Source: the human T2T-CHM13v2.0 reference genome, Homo sapiens. Taken from it: a stretch of 64,000 nt of DNA. Below, in pieces: positions 42,651 through 56,292 of the stretch. The notes under the pieces are model-generated. The model searched no databases. It was given only the letters and a program-made list of their open reading frames with translations, and was not told the DNA's origin. The DNA is taken from NCBI RefSeq assembly GCF_009914755.1, contig NC_060927.1, one strand, 5' to 3'. A program made the position numbers and the translations under genes. The number at the start of each line of letters is the position of its first letter. The stretch's first letter is position 1.

Positions 42651-44489
42651 TAGAGGGTAGAGTAAGGACAGAGGAGCAAACAATTTTCATTAGTGTTTAT
42701 CAGTGTATAGTAAATTTAGTACTTAATTATTGTGAGACAATTGCCCAAAGGATGAAAATGCCACATACAATCATTATATATATTAAAATGTTAACATGGT
42801 TAACACGCCACCATAAACGAAAGCCATGTTTTCTAATCCAAAGAAGTAAAAACAGGGACCAAGTGATGTAATCATTGAGCAGTAAGAGTATATGCTGATT
42901 TGACAAATTATGTATTATTACCCATGTAACTATTTTGATCTTTCTAAAGAAAAGAATTTACTCTGCTGCCTTTGGAAGAAGTTAAAATGATATCTGCAGA
43001 TGCTATATGAAAATATCAATTAACTCTTATTTACCTCTAGACTGTTGGTTAGTAACATGGGTTTATGTTATTTTGATTAAGTTTCCTTGCTTCTAGATGA
43101 AGACATTGGACCCTCACTGGATAGTCACAAAATACTTTCTTAGTTATTTAATTCATATATGCCAAAAATTCAATAGGAATATTGATTAGCTAATTTTTAA
43201 ATGCAAAATCTAGGTCTGGTTACAACATAAGCAGCATTTCTTGATTTTTACATTTATGCCGAGTTTACTTATTAGTTTTTATCAAAATAATATATTTATA
43301 TAATATTATGTAATGAAAGAAATGAAACAAATAAATGTTAACAAAATCACGCTGAAGTAATTGACTTGCTTGCTATGATGTTTCTTGACTATGAGCTTAA
43401 TCACACAAGGATGAGCATGTTTAATTGACTGGAATTTAATACCACTCCCAATGGCAAAGAGCAGTGATTCAAATTGGTGTGTTTATAATTGTGGGGTGGA
43501 TCTTGATTAACTCCACACAAAATATTATTATAATCTAATATTATATAACACACAGTTTTAACTTGGCCAATAATGTTGCTTTTAATTTTCATTCCCTCAG
43601 ATAAACTAAGGGAGTGAAGGAATGATCTTTTTGGCTATCTATAGTCCAAATCAAGTAAAATTTAAATAACAGCCATATGGCCTAAAAGTATTTAGCTTTA
43701 TTTTTATTTACTCAAAGCCAATTATGGCACATCTTTCAAAGGGATAAGTGTACACTGGGAAATATTTTGCTTAGAGAACATCACTTTCTAAGAGCCTTAA
43801 AGCACTTGACCTTCATTTGGCATCTCTAGTCTGTTCTCATCACAGGTTCAGGGATCACCATCTTGCTTCTGTGTTACTGCTTCCAAATGTTTGTTTTGGC
43901 AGCAAAATTATCTTAATATAACTTTGTTAAGTGGTCTATTTTCTCTCTGAAATTAAGGAATGTTTATCTCACAGGGTAAAAATGGAGAAACACAATGGTT
44001 TTTGTTTGTTTGTTTGAAGTCATGGATTCACCCATCAAACAGTTTTGGGCCAACTGAAAGAGAAATGTGAAATAGTTTTGCTGATGAGATCTTCTTGCCT
44101 ATGTCTTTTAGTGAAATGATTTGGTGCTTCCATTGGCATCCTTTATCTGAGCTGTCTATTCTAGCCTTAGCAGGACCTTGTCTGCTTGTATAGTCTAGTA
44201 TCATAAAGCGAGAGTATAGTCTGTACAGGATAGTTCATAGCTCTCAGACAGTTCATAGCTGTAACATTCTACTAGATTCTGCATTTTTTACTTGTTTCTC
44301 ACATATAATCTACATGATCAACACTTTCCAAATTATGGACAATTACATTGCACAATGTTTGGTATAAAGTAATAAAGAGATTACCATCTTTAAAAAATAA
44401 ATCTAGGTACTCCTATCAGAATTACTAGATTTTGACTTCTACCAAAATGTCTTGGCTCTTGGGATTTGCACTGTTTTATAATTTACTGC

Positions 44490-44677
44490 ATAACTCACCT
44501 CTCATTCTTCCAGAAACTGACTTTTTTCCTCCTTGATCCATAATTTGGGGCAGCCATATTTGTACATAGCTCTATTCTCTTGGCCATAGTTGAGGGGCCC
44601 ACAGAAGGGCTTCTAACATGATCTTACAGATTCAGCCACAGAGAGAGGGAGAGAGACAGAGAGAGAGGGAGAGAGAC

Positions 44678-44726
<49 letters not shown>

Positions 44727-45111
44727 AATTCTGATTATTCCAAGTTTTGAAGCTTGAAGTTGTAATATAATGTGTAATCATTGACCCAGCTTGTTGGTCA
44801 CTGGACCACTTTCCATGTAAAAATTCAGAGTCTCAGCAACTTTCTTTTCTATCGTCTACAGACAAATGTGATATATAGCAAAAGAGAATAGTAAAGCCAA
44901 TATTCAGGTAAGCAGAGAAGAGAGTTGGAGAAATGATGGTGTTCAAGTTTGTAGCTCCAGTTGAGTCTGAAGCCTTATTCCATTCTGGCCTATAGCTCAG
45001 CTTAATTGTTCACTGAAACACCTCAGTATCCTTCTAAAAGTTTTCTCTTTGGCTTTTTGAGGTCTGAGTTGGCTGGATGGTAGTTGTAGACAAGAAGGTC
45101 CTAACTAATAC
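44490..45111 (+). mobile_element. old MLT1 (K/L-like) LTR containing a (GA)n tract
   Basis: 3' terminus GTCCTAACTAATACA, CTTGGCCATAGTTGA motif; 5' boundary approximate. Confidence 0.55.
44640..44724. repeat. (GA)n polypurine microsatellite
   Basis: GAGAGAGGGAGAGAGACAGA twice, then pure (GA)n. Confidence 0.95.
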
Positions 45112-45562
45112 ATGAGGACAGCAGAGGCCCCAAGGCGTGCTATGTGCCAAGAGACCCAAATCTCAAGCCATTTTGAGTGTATTACTAAGTTATGTTCCCT
45201 CCAGTTTTCTCCCAGCAGACTATCTTGATATCCTAAGACTCTTCTGTGAATCAGGGTGGGATTATTAAGGATTGTTAATTTAATAAAATTAAGTAGTATT
45301 ATAATTGGGAAACATGTTAAAGCATGCAAAAACTGTAAAAAGCTATCGCCATTACAGTCAATAAGAAGGTTATCAGTTTCATTGCAAAAACCTAATCTTT
45401 AGGAAAAGCACAAGAGAAAGAATGTATGGCAATGCCAGCAAAATTAATGAATGTGTTAAGTTTGGGCATGCTGAGTTTCTCCAAGCAAAATTCCCTATAC
45501 GGGAGACAACTGAGAGAACGTGGACAGTATTGTAAGCTAAGATTCTTTGAGGCATTGTGAAT

Positions 45563-45877
<315 letters not shown>

Positions 45878-45996
45878 TAATTGAGAAATGAAAATGTTTA
45901 CTCCTGAATTGTCATTGCATGTAGTTACTATCTTCAGTAAAATAATTTTTTTATTTTTGATATTAACGTGTTACGGACATTATATTTTTATCCTTC

Positions 45997-46212
45997 TAGA
46001 ATAATGTTGAAAAATTACAGCCCTCAGGCCAAATCTGGCCCACCACCTGTTTTTGTAAGTAAAGTGCACAGCCATGCCTATGCATTTAGTATTGTCCATG
46101 GCTGCTTTCACACTACAGTGGAAATTGAGTAGTTGTGACGGGGAACACTTGCCTTGCAAAGCCTCAAAGCATAAGTACCCAGCCCTTTACAGGAAAGTTT
46201 GCCAAGCTCTAT
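45997..46212 (+). mobile_element. MER58A DNA transposon
   Basis: GGCCAAATCTGGCCCACCACCTGTTTTTGTAA...ATGGCTGCTTTCAC...GAAAGTTTGCCAA. Confidence 0.82.
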
Positions 46213-46361
46213 TCTAAAGATGTTCTTCCTGTTAAATATAAGAAAATCGGTTTTCATTTAAACATATTTGTATAATCTCCAACATTTCAGAAACAAAACC
46301 ACTTTGTAAATGTAGAAACAGATGTATACATTTTATATTACTTTTGTCCAATATAGCCTAG

Positions 46362-46745
46362 ATGTGTGTGTATATATATATACACAAAAATATATATACA
46401 TATATATGTACATATATAATATATAAATATATATAAATATATAATATATACATAAATATATACACATATATATAAATATGTAATACATATTTATATATAA
46501 ATATGTAATACATATTTATATATAAATATGTAATACATATTTATATATAAATATGTAATACATATTTATATATAAATATACATATTTATATATAAATATA
46601 CATATTTATATATAAATATGTAATACATATTTATATATAAATATGTAATACATATTTATATATAAATATATATACATAAATATATAATATATATTTATAT
46701 ATAAATATAAACACATATATAAAATATATAATATACATATATTTT

Positions 46746-46775
<30 letters not shown>
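46362..46775. repeat. AT-rich VNTR with 20/25-bp palindromic units
   Basis: Eight consecutive units of CATATTTATATATAAATAT(G/A) at 46486-46670 inside (TA)n-rich sequence. Confidence 0.95.
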
Positions 46776-46793
<18 letters not shown>

Positions 46794-47076
46794 TGAGACA
46801 GGGTCTTGCTCTGTTGTCCAGGCTGGAGTGCAGTGGTGTGATCTCGGCTCATTGAAACCTCCACCTCCTGGGTTCAAGTGATTCTTATGCCTAAGCCTCT
46901 CAGGTAGCTGGGATTACAGGCATGCACCACCACGCCCAGCTAATTTTTATAGTTTTAGTAGAGAAAAGATTTTGCCATGTTGTCCATGCTGCTCTTGAAC
47001 TCCTGGCCTCATGTGATTTGTCCTCCTCAGCCTCCCAAAGGGCTGGGATTATAGGAATGAACCACTGTACCAGGCC
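46776..47076 (-). mobile_element. Alu (Jb/old S) SINE
   Basis: Poly(T)-GAGACAGGGTCTTGCTC...GAACCACTGTACCAGGCC. Confidence 0.93.
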
Positions 47077-50000
47077 ACAAATTTGTTTGATTAATGAATT
47101 AATAAATTGCCTAATTCTTATGATAGCTCTCTTGATTAAATGTTCCATTTGAGAAAATTCTTCAAGAATTTGAACCACACCCCTGAATGTTTTCTGACTT
47201 TCTAGTCCATCCAGAAGCGGCCCTTCTTTATATACAACTCTCCTGGTCTCGTAAGACCCAGCTCTTTGGGACCAGGGGAGGTTTTCTTAAATTCCTTCCT
47301 CTCGCATGTGCTGATTTTCATTCCTTAAGTTTTGATTGGTCCTCAGAACCAAATGTATAATAATAATTTGTCAGAAGCTGAGGCATAGCAGCATTTAAAC
47401 CTCGATCTTAGGATATTTAAGGTGCATGCATTGCATCAGTCATAGGGTCACACTCTAATAAAACTGGATCAGAAACTAACATCCAGGTTAAAATCCGACC
47501 TCTGTCATTTGCCAGGGGTGCTATTAAGCAAGTCATTTAACTTTTACAGTAGCCACCAGGGCTGTACATGATTACAAACACACACACAAACGTGTAATGG
47601 CGGGTGTCCATATTATCTTTCCAACCTCATCTTCTATGATTATTCTTCCTACTGCTCCTCACACAGGACAGGTATGCCGTCACCTCTAGGTCTTTGCCCG
47701 TGATGTTGCTTCTGCCAGTGATGCGTTCTGTTAGGTATCTGTATGGGTTACTCTCTTATATCCTTGCTTCCTTCCCTGGCAACTATACTGAAAACTACAA
47801 CACCTACCTGCACCCCCATCCCTAAACACAATCCTTACTCCCTATTCTTAATCATTTTTAACATAATTTGATGTTAAATAGAACACATTTTACTGCTTCA
47901 TATTGTCTGACTGCTAGACATTAGCCTCTTTTAGCTCAAAATGTTTTTGACTATTTTGTTCCATAATGTATTCCCAGTACATAGAACAAAAGTTTGTCAT
48001 AAAATATAGGTTGAACAAATGAATAATTGATGCAAACCATTTGGACATGAGTGAATGACACATACCATTTTAAAAGGATTTGGATGCTATAATTAAATGT
48101 GGGTAAATTATAATATACCAGAATATAATATTCACCTGAAACTCCTTCTATTCCATTTATTGCAAATGTTTCAAAGTTACTTGTATTTTACAGGATTACA
48201 AAATTATTTCTGCATCCCAAACACTATCTAATTAGATTTGAAATCCATAACACTTAAATAATGGAAGTGTAAAATTCATATTGCACATTCTATTTCTCTC
48301 TTTCTTTTCCTTCTCTCTCCCTCCCTTCATCCATCCTCCATTCCTTTTGTTTTATTCCCTCTTTCTCTCTTCTCTTTCGTAAGGGGACTGGATCTCTTGC
48401 TTTTCACATATGGCTTAGGAATGCTACTTTCAAATTTAAAAGACTACTTTTTATGGCTTTATTCATTTAACATTAGATGTGTATTAGATTTTCTCAATAG
48501 AAAGCATGTCAATTCAGCTAACATTATGTGGGATTACAAACAAGTCAATTGTGCATCATTTCATGGAAGCGTAGACATATAAAGGTCATAACTTGGCAAA
48601 AAGAAAACTGAATTTAAAAATTATAATATTATAATTTGAGACTAGGCTTAAAAACACAGCATTTGGTGAACTTAACACTTCAGTATCACGTTTAGCTCTA
48701 CTGTTTACTATGTGAAAGGAAACCATGACAACAACATTTGGAGGCATTTTTCCAGATTTTTCAATTAACCTATGTATATGTATATGTGTGCATGCATTTT
48801 TGAAAAGCTCCTAAAGGAACAGGAGAAGCACATTCAAGATAAAAGTACTTGAACATTAGGGAAAAGCCTGTTCTGCCATTAGAGAAGTGCATTAAGCAGT
48901 CGCCGTTTGAGTGGTCACTCTCATGTCACGCTTTAGGACTGACTTTTTTTTATCTTCTTGCCTGAGACCTGATAAAGCATAAAGATACTTAATTTTAGGA
49001 AGCACTTGTGCTGGTATCAATTCATCACAGTTCAATCACTAAGAAACGTCTTTGCCTTTTCCTGTCTTACTGAAATGATATTAAATATGATGTGTTTCAG
49101 AAAACAGAAGAAGGAAATTGAAAATATATCATTTAGTTTCACAGCAGCAGTTAAAAGTCAACTTAGATCTAAATTTTCTAACTTTTGGTAACATACTAAA
49201 ATAGTTTTACTAATTAAATAGAATAACTTATTTTGAAGAAAAGCTTGTTCATGTTATTGCAATAAAATTATTTTGCAAAATATTTTGGCATCAAAATTTA
49301 TAAAAATAAGTAATTTATGAGGGTCTATGTGTTTTAAAACACCATATCAAAATATCATTGTAACATTAAAAATATGAAAAATCATGTGTTTAACTTAATT
49401 GTTAGTTTGTTGACATAAATACCTGATAATCAGTCCTCTAATTATTTTTCTACTGTTTTGGGGGGAGGAACCTTTTCTTTGCATTATAAATCCCTCATTT
49501 TCAGGAACTCATCTACATTTTAGAGAGGGGAAACATTGATATTCTGAATAGTACAATATTCACCTGAAACTCCTTCAGTATTTCTCAAGCTGAAGCAAGT
49601 TATTGTATCATGTATTATATATTTTAATAAATAAAAAGACCAAATTATACTATTTTCCACTCATTCTTTCATTTACTAAATATATAGAGTTCTTACCATA
49701 TGTAAGTTTGATTTAGGCCTATCTCAGATAAATTATTTATATATATATATATATAAAAAACAATAGCAATTTTAGTAATAAAATGTAGTATATCCATATA
49801 TGAGAATATTACGTGACTCATTACAACATTACAACAGTAGCATATCTATTGACAAGGAAAGATGCTTAGGATATATTGCTCATTGAAAAAATACTGATTA
49901 TAAAACAATACACACCATAAGATTCCAGTTTTTTATATGAGTATATATGGTAAGATTAACCCCTGCTAAAGGGGTTATCACTGAGGTATTGATAAAAGTG

Positions 50001-50249
50001 GTTATCTCTGAGGTTTCTTTTGGTCTTTCTGAAATGTGCTTTATTAAAAAAAATTTAATTTGTGTATATACATATACGCAAATTAAAGAAATCTTCTTAA
50101 ATAAGAGAAGTAGAATTTTTAGTATTATTAAGCCATGCATTTTTAATATTTAAATGCTACACTTGATCTCCTAGAAAAGGAAAATAGCTATTTTTGTATG
50201 AATGATCATAGGAATCATAATGAATTATATTTTTTCCTTAGAATATTTT

Positions 50250-50535
50250 CTTTTCTTTTTATCTTTTATTGATACATAATAAATGCACCTACTTTCAGGG
50301 TACATGGTGATATTTTGGCACATTCATATTATGTGTAATAATCAATTCAGGGTGATCGGGTTATCTATCACTTGAAACATTTTCTTTTGTTGGGAACATT
50401 CATGTTATTGTCTACTAGCTATTTTGAAATGTACAATAGATTATTTTTTACTATAGTCACACTAATGCTTTATCAAACACTACGTCTCATTTCTTCCATC
50501 TACCTGCGTTTTTGTACCAATTAATCATCTACTTG
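50250..50535 (-). mobile_element. L1MA-type 5'-truncated LINE-1 3' end
   Basis: TTTTATTGATACATAATA...GGGTACATG...CTAGCTATTTTGAAATGTACAATA; near-perfect TSD CTTAGA(A/G)TATTTT. Confidence 0.85.
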
Positions 50536-53500
50536 CTTAGAGTATTTTAGTTGACAATGCAATACAACTAGTTACCCATAGAATGGGTGTGGTAGAAATA
50601 ATAACTTAATTGGATGATTTAAAATAATTTGCTCACATTGCTTTTCTTTTTTTTTTCCCTCACATTGCTTTTCATAGATATATAACTTAATACCGTATAT
50701 CTTATATAGCAGATTTGTGCCCTAGTGGGATTAAACTAAATAAAATAGCCAGACACTATTTTCGAAGTTCCTGTTATGTTGTAAGCATCAAACTAAATAC
50801 TTTATATATTCTGTTGCGAATCTTCACAACCATCCTTCAAGGTGGATGGAGATAATTTGCTGAAGGTTGCTCACTAAGTGGCAGACCAGGGATTTGAATC
50901 TGTCCAGCCAATTCTGGCACCATTTGGATGTCAGTATAAACAGGGAGAAGGTCATACAATTCTGTACGTACAAGGAATCCTTCTTCCTGGAACCTTATTG
51001 TATTGTCAGTGTGCCCTGGTTGATCCTCCAAAGTTCTCAGGAGTCAGCAGGCCTGTTTTTATGTGATTGGTAGTCCGATTTTCCCAAAAAATGAAATGAT
51101 TTCAAAGCCCTGCATGAAGACTCAGACTAAAAATAGAAATATGCCAGTCTCTTCCCAGAATAATTTTCTCTTTCAATGATCTTTGTTTCCCCACCTTGGG
51201 TAATATCCAATTATCACTAAATAATATTTCTGAATATTATTTTTGGGGGGCACTGAAGCATTTTTCTACTGTCTTCTCTGCTTCAGAAGAAAGAAAAAAT
51301 CAGATTAGGGCGTTGGCCAGTCCCTTCTGTCTTCTGTGGGCAGCTTTTGAGACACATTTGCATTTTTTAAGTATCATGGCTTTTGCTGCTAAGCGGAGAC
51401 CCTGAAGTTCATTACTGCAGGAAATCAGAGTGGCAAGCATATGAAAGGTGGTGCTGCAACCCCATCCTTCACTGGCTTAGGGTCGCATAAAACCTGTCAA
51501 AAATGATATTAGCATCCAGCACAGCCATGCCACCTTTTGGATAAGAGGTCTCCATGTTTATATTCAAAATATCAATCATTGTAAATACTGACTAAAGCTT
51601 GTCTTTTAGTAGCAATATTTCCATTTGCAGTAAAGATGTACAGGGATGACTCTTCCATGTTCACGGCTCTTATATCAATGTCAAAATTAGTATGTAAAAC
51701 ATCCATCAAATACGTACACAAGGTGAATTGGTCATATCTTTTATAAAGTCCTGTATATTTGAGATTTTAGTCGGCTCTTGCAGACATCTCTGAAAGCAGG
51801 CAAATTAACAGGTGCCAGGGCATTTTTTTCATTAAGCAAAATAGAGAAGGCAACAAGAGATGGCTTAAGAATTCTATTATTATATATGTCCAGAAATCTG
51901 AGTTATTAATTTTTTATTTATACTGCAAATGTTTATAAGTGTCAGAAAAAACATTCATTTTGTTTTCAGACATAGTAAATATAACAGGCTGCTTGTAAAC
52001 AGATGGGAAATACTTGCTGGTTGATGACCAACTGAAAATGAGGAGTTAGGCAAGCTTAATTCTAGTTTCCCCCAGCTCACCGCATACACATCTACCATGA
52101 TTACGAAAATAATTTATGAGCTGGGGTATATTTACACTACCACAGTTTAAATGGCATTCAACGTATTAAAAGTGGCAAGTATCACATTGTTCTGTGGTCT
52201 TCCATGTAAATACAAAACTGATTCTTCACACTGAAGAGCCACAACACTGCAAAAGAGCATGCAAAGTTTACATAGTGCCTCCATACCAAATAACGTAACC
52301 GGTGTTTTCTATCTATTGGTATAGTTAGCTTTACTGTGACATAGAAAAAACAGCATAAAGGCTGACCACTAAAACTTTAGTATCTTCACGGAAGCTTACT
52401 TTCTTTTGGTAAGTGTTCATAGTGAAGCATGTAACTTTTTTGCCATTTTATCTTCTTGAAAGAAACCACCTCCTGCTTTCTTCATTTTGTGAAATATCAT
52501 ACTTGAATTATTATACCACCATGCCCTTAATCATTACTGATGATTCCTGTAGGCATAATATTATACCACTCCTGCTGAGCTGACTGGCATTTATTTTGTG
52601 ATTCATACTTTCAAAATAATTTTTACGTCAGTTATGTGGACTATGCTGCTGTTTCTGGGTCACATTTCTTCTTGAAGTTGTTCATGTAAAATTGCCCCAA
52701 AGTTCATACTTGTTTCATCTACAGCTCAGCACAGTGTCTGCCTATACCTGGTAAGCCCCTCAATGCCTTGAATCAATTATTAAGAAAATTATAATCCGCT
52801 AAGAAATTAATATTTAAGTAAATAACTCTGTGTACTAATTTTGTTTTAATTATTTTTATTGTCAGCAGCTGCATATTCATCTGTCTATTCATAGCGGAAC
52901 TATAACATATATAAAGTAATTTTGTTTTCATTGCTCATAAGCTTCAGCTAGACATGGCTTTGGCAGATTCTAATCAGTAATATGACACAGTACATTGAAC
53001 ATGTACTTATCCTTGCTCCCAGGAAACTAATTGAATCATTAAGTTATGGCCATTCAAAAACTGACCAAATGGTACAAACCTAAGTTATGAGTTTACCAGT
53101 GATCTAATTTCACTTCGTTGACCATTTTCAGCTTCTTTCCTCCTTCCTTTTCCCCTCTGGAATGCCGTTAAGCAGTTGCTGAGCCTAACTACATCCTACT
53201 TAAGAATGACATTAATCTGGTCTCCCTAATACTAAGCTTGCAGTATATTATGCCGTATCAAATGTCACTCAGTATATTTGTAAATGTCATTCTCTTATGC
53301 AAATTATTTAGTTGCATCCAAAAGTTACATATCTGATAAAATTCTTCAGTGTCAGCCTGAGATATCTGTAGTTAGAAGCTCCAAGCATATGCTATTGGGA
53401 AGAAGGAGTTTGTTTTTCATTCCAGAAATAATATGTGATCTTTATGACAACAGGAACCAGATCTCTCCCATTTTTTGACTGAATCCCAGAACCCATCACA

Positions 53501-55332
53501 GTATGTTACACATAATAAGCACACAATTAACAAACAGGAGCAAATGAATTAATGAATATTGGAAATCCACAGATTCTGTTGGGGACATGCAGAGCATTTA
53601 GTGTTCAGGGACCTCTTTCTGCCTTTGAACCAGACACTAATCCTACCAGATTCCCAAAGTTATGAAAATAATACTTGAAAGATTGGTAGGTCTTGGTTCT
53701 TGATGCTTTCAAGGAAAACCAGAAGTTGCTTCTCAATTATTCACCAGTCAGCAAAGGGCACTGATGTTACAATTAATGATGCGATCTGTGAGGAATTTTC
53801 TTAAGATGAAAAGAATGCTTACAGTTCACATCTGTGTTTCAAACTGATGTTTCTTCAAAGCTTTAATCATGAATCTCCACCTAACTGCAGTGAGTTGCAT
53901 TTGAAAATGTATCATTGTCTAGATTCTCTTATTATCTCCTAATTGTAAATGTGTTCCTTTTCCTTATGAACCTGATCCTGTTCATGGCACCACCATTCTC
54001 CCCTTCATCAGGCTGGAAGCCTCAGTTATATTTCTGGTACAACTGGCATCATCATTATTTGGGAACTTAATAATTTATGGCTTATCTATTGTAGTGTCAT
54101 CCTAACTGGCCTTACTTGTTTTCAGCTTTTTTCAACAACAATATAGACTATGTCAAACTGCTTGGCTATTATCTCTAAATATCACTTTGATTCTGCCATA
54201 CCAGTTCAGAAGTCACCAAAGGCTCTTCAGTACCTTTGGGGTGAATAGCCAAACTACTCGCAACTACAATTTACCGTACTGGGCCCTGGTTTCTCTTCCC
54301 TTTCTGTCTTTCACATTCTCTTTCCAGAATTCCTCTGCCGCTGGACTTCCTGCCAGGGATACCTGCCTCCAGCAAAGATATTAGCATCTCTGGGAAGCTT
54401 GGTTTGCAATAGCATATTCAAAATTATAATGCATTTTGTCTTCTGAGGAGGAGAGACTGTCATTTTCAGAATGCTGACTACAGAACATAAAACATGACAA
54501 AATTCTTGGCTATAGGAATAAACAGAATAGCAGGAGACAAACTTTTCTGAATTTTTGTGATTATTGGTGGGAGGATGGTATGTCAGAATTCCCTGAAAGT
54601 GAAAGAAAGTTACTATCAAAAGAGGAAAAAGTTGTGAAGGTCTCCTGTGTTTAGTCGCAGGTCTAATTGCTCTTCACCGAATATACGCAATTTGTCCATT
54701 CATTTCTTGTCCATTTGTTCCTTCATAAACAGGACTTTAAATTCAATAAGAGCTGGGACCATGCCTTTTCTGTTAGACACTGTGTTTCTAGTACCTGTAT
54801 AGTACTATACAAAGTATACATGGTCAATAAATATTTGAGTAAAGAAATATTTTATAAACCAACACAGTGCCTAGTTATATGCTCCCTCTGGGATATGAAG
54901 GTAAAAAAGATACAACCCAGGTCTTCAAATAGCTTACAAGGTATTAAGGGGCAACACACCCATAGTATGAAAAATCACAGATCAATTTGAGTGCACTAAT
55001 AAAGGTGTGTACAAAATGCAGTGGTCTCACCCTCTTTCCCCTCAAGTGTTTCGTATTGAACTTGTGGAGAAGTCAAACTGCCAAGTCTTTTCCACACAAT
55101 CTTACCCTCATTTGCAATCTTCAGAGCCCAGCCTTTCTTATCTGCAAACCTGCCTTTTATAACTTTTTGCTTGTTGTATTGCTCTTTAATAGGGGTGAGA
55201 CCAGGGGAGTGTTTTTATATTTTTGCATGTGCAGATATTTAAGCATTGTTTTCTAATTGATAGATTAAATGCAAAAGTCTGTAAGTGCAAAGTTGTTAAG
55301 TACTGCATTTGGAGAACTTGGATATTATAGGG

Positions 55333-55759
55333 TGATGTAGTTTGGGTATTTGTCCCCTTCAGATCTCAAGTTGAAATGTGATCTTCAATGTTGGAAGTAG
55401 GGCCCGGTGGGAGGTGTTTAGGTCATGGGACTGGGAGTTACTCATGAATGGCTTGTCTTCCTCATGGTAACGAGTGAATTTTTACTCTATTAGTACAGGT
55501 GAGATCTGGTTGTTAAATAGAGCTTGGTACCTCCTGCTTCTCTCTTGCTGCCTCTCCTGCCACGTGACACACCTACTCTCCTTCAACTTGCACTATAACT
55601 GAAAGCTTCCTGAAGCCCTCACCAGAAGCAGATACTGGTGCCATGCTTCTTGTATAGCCTGAAGAATGGTGACCCAAATAAACCTCTTTTCTTTATGAAT
55701 TATCCAGCCCCAGATATTTACTGCAATGCATGATGGACTAATACAAAATGGACTAATCA
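55333..55759 (+). mobile_element. MSTA/MSTB MaLR solo LTR with short 3'-terminal duplication
   Basis: TGATGTAGTTTGG...GGGAGGTGTTTAGGTCATGGG...AAATAAACCTCTTTTCTTTAT...GGACTAATACA; TSD TAGGG at 55328-55332 and 55760-55764. Confidence 0.92.
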
Positions 55760-56057
55760 TAGGGTACAAATAAATAGTTTGTAACTATTACGGGATATTG
55801 CTGGGTCCGGGGCTCTGTGTTCTAATAGAGAAATTTCAAGGACTCTAATTGTCTGCTTGATTTCTGAGAACAGAACATTGGACAATTACCTGACAAATGG
55901 ATTCTGATTTTGACTCAGATTAAAAAAACTACAATGTAGCATATGTCATGCCATTAATGTCTTCTCAAGTGGGCCTTTCTTCCAAGTCCATAATATTTAG
56001 ACAGTTAGAGAGAATGGTACAATTAAAGGTTATGAACCTTGCTGCTCCCTATAGCCA

Positions 56058-56292
56058 TGGCTGGTTAAACCCAGTTGAAGCTCAGTTAATAAGGCCAGGG
56101 TCAATCATTTAATCCTGTTTGTGATCCAGTTACCTTTCATTCTAATCCTGGCCAAAGACTAGATACCAAATCCTTGCCTGCCAACTCTGAAAGGCATGGT
56201 TTGGCTGAGAGAGATTGACTGGGAATGTATTGACGGATTAACAGAAATAATTCTTACTCGAGAAAGACTGCTCAAAGCACATATTCCACCTG
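56058..56292 (+). mobile_element. MamSINE1-like ancient tRNA-derived SINE
   Basis: tRNA-like head GGCTGGTTAAACCCAGTTG...TAATAAGGCCAGGGTCA...TTTAATCC, body CCTGGCCAAAGACT...CTCAAAGCACAT resembles recalled consensus. Confidence 0.6.

Noticed and set aside
46486-46670. CRISPR-like array of palindromic repeats
   Set aside because: Spacers are identical 5-mers or absent, the DNA is primate and no cas genes are present; it is a VNTR
56058-56130. tRNA gene
   Set aside because: Cloverleaf and B box are degenerate; better explained as a SINE head
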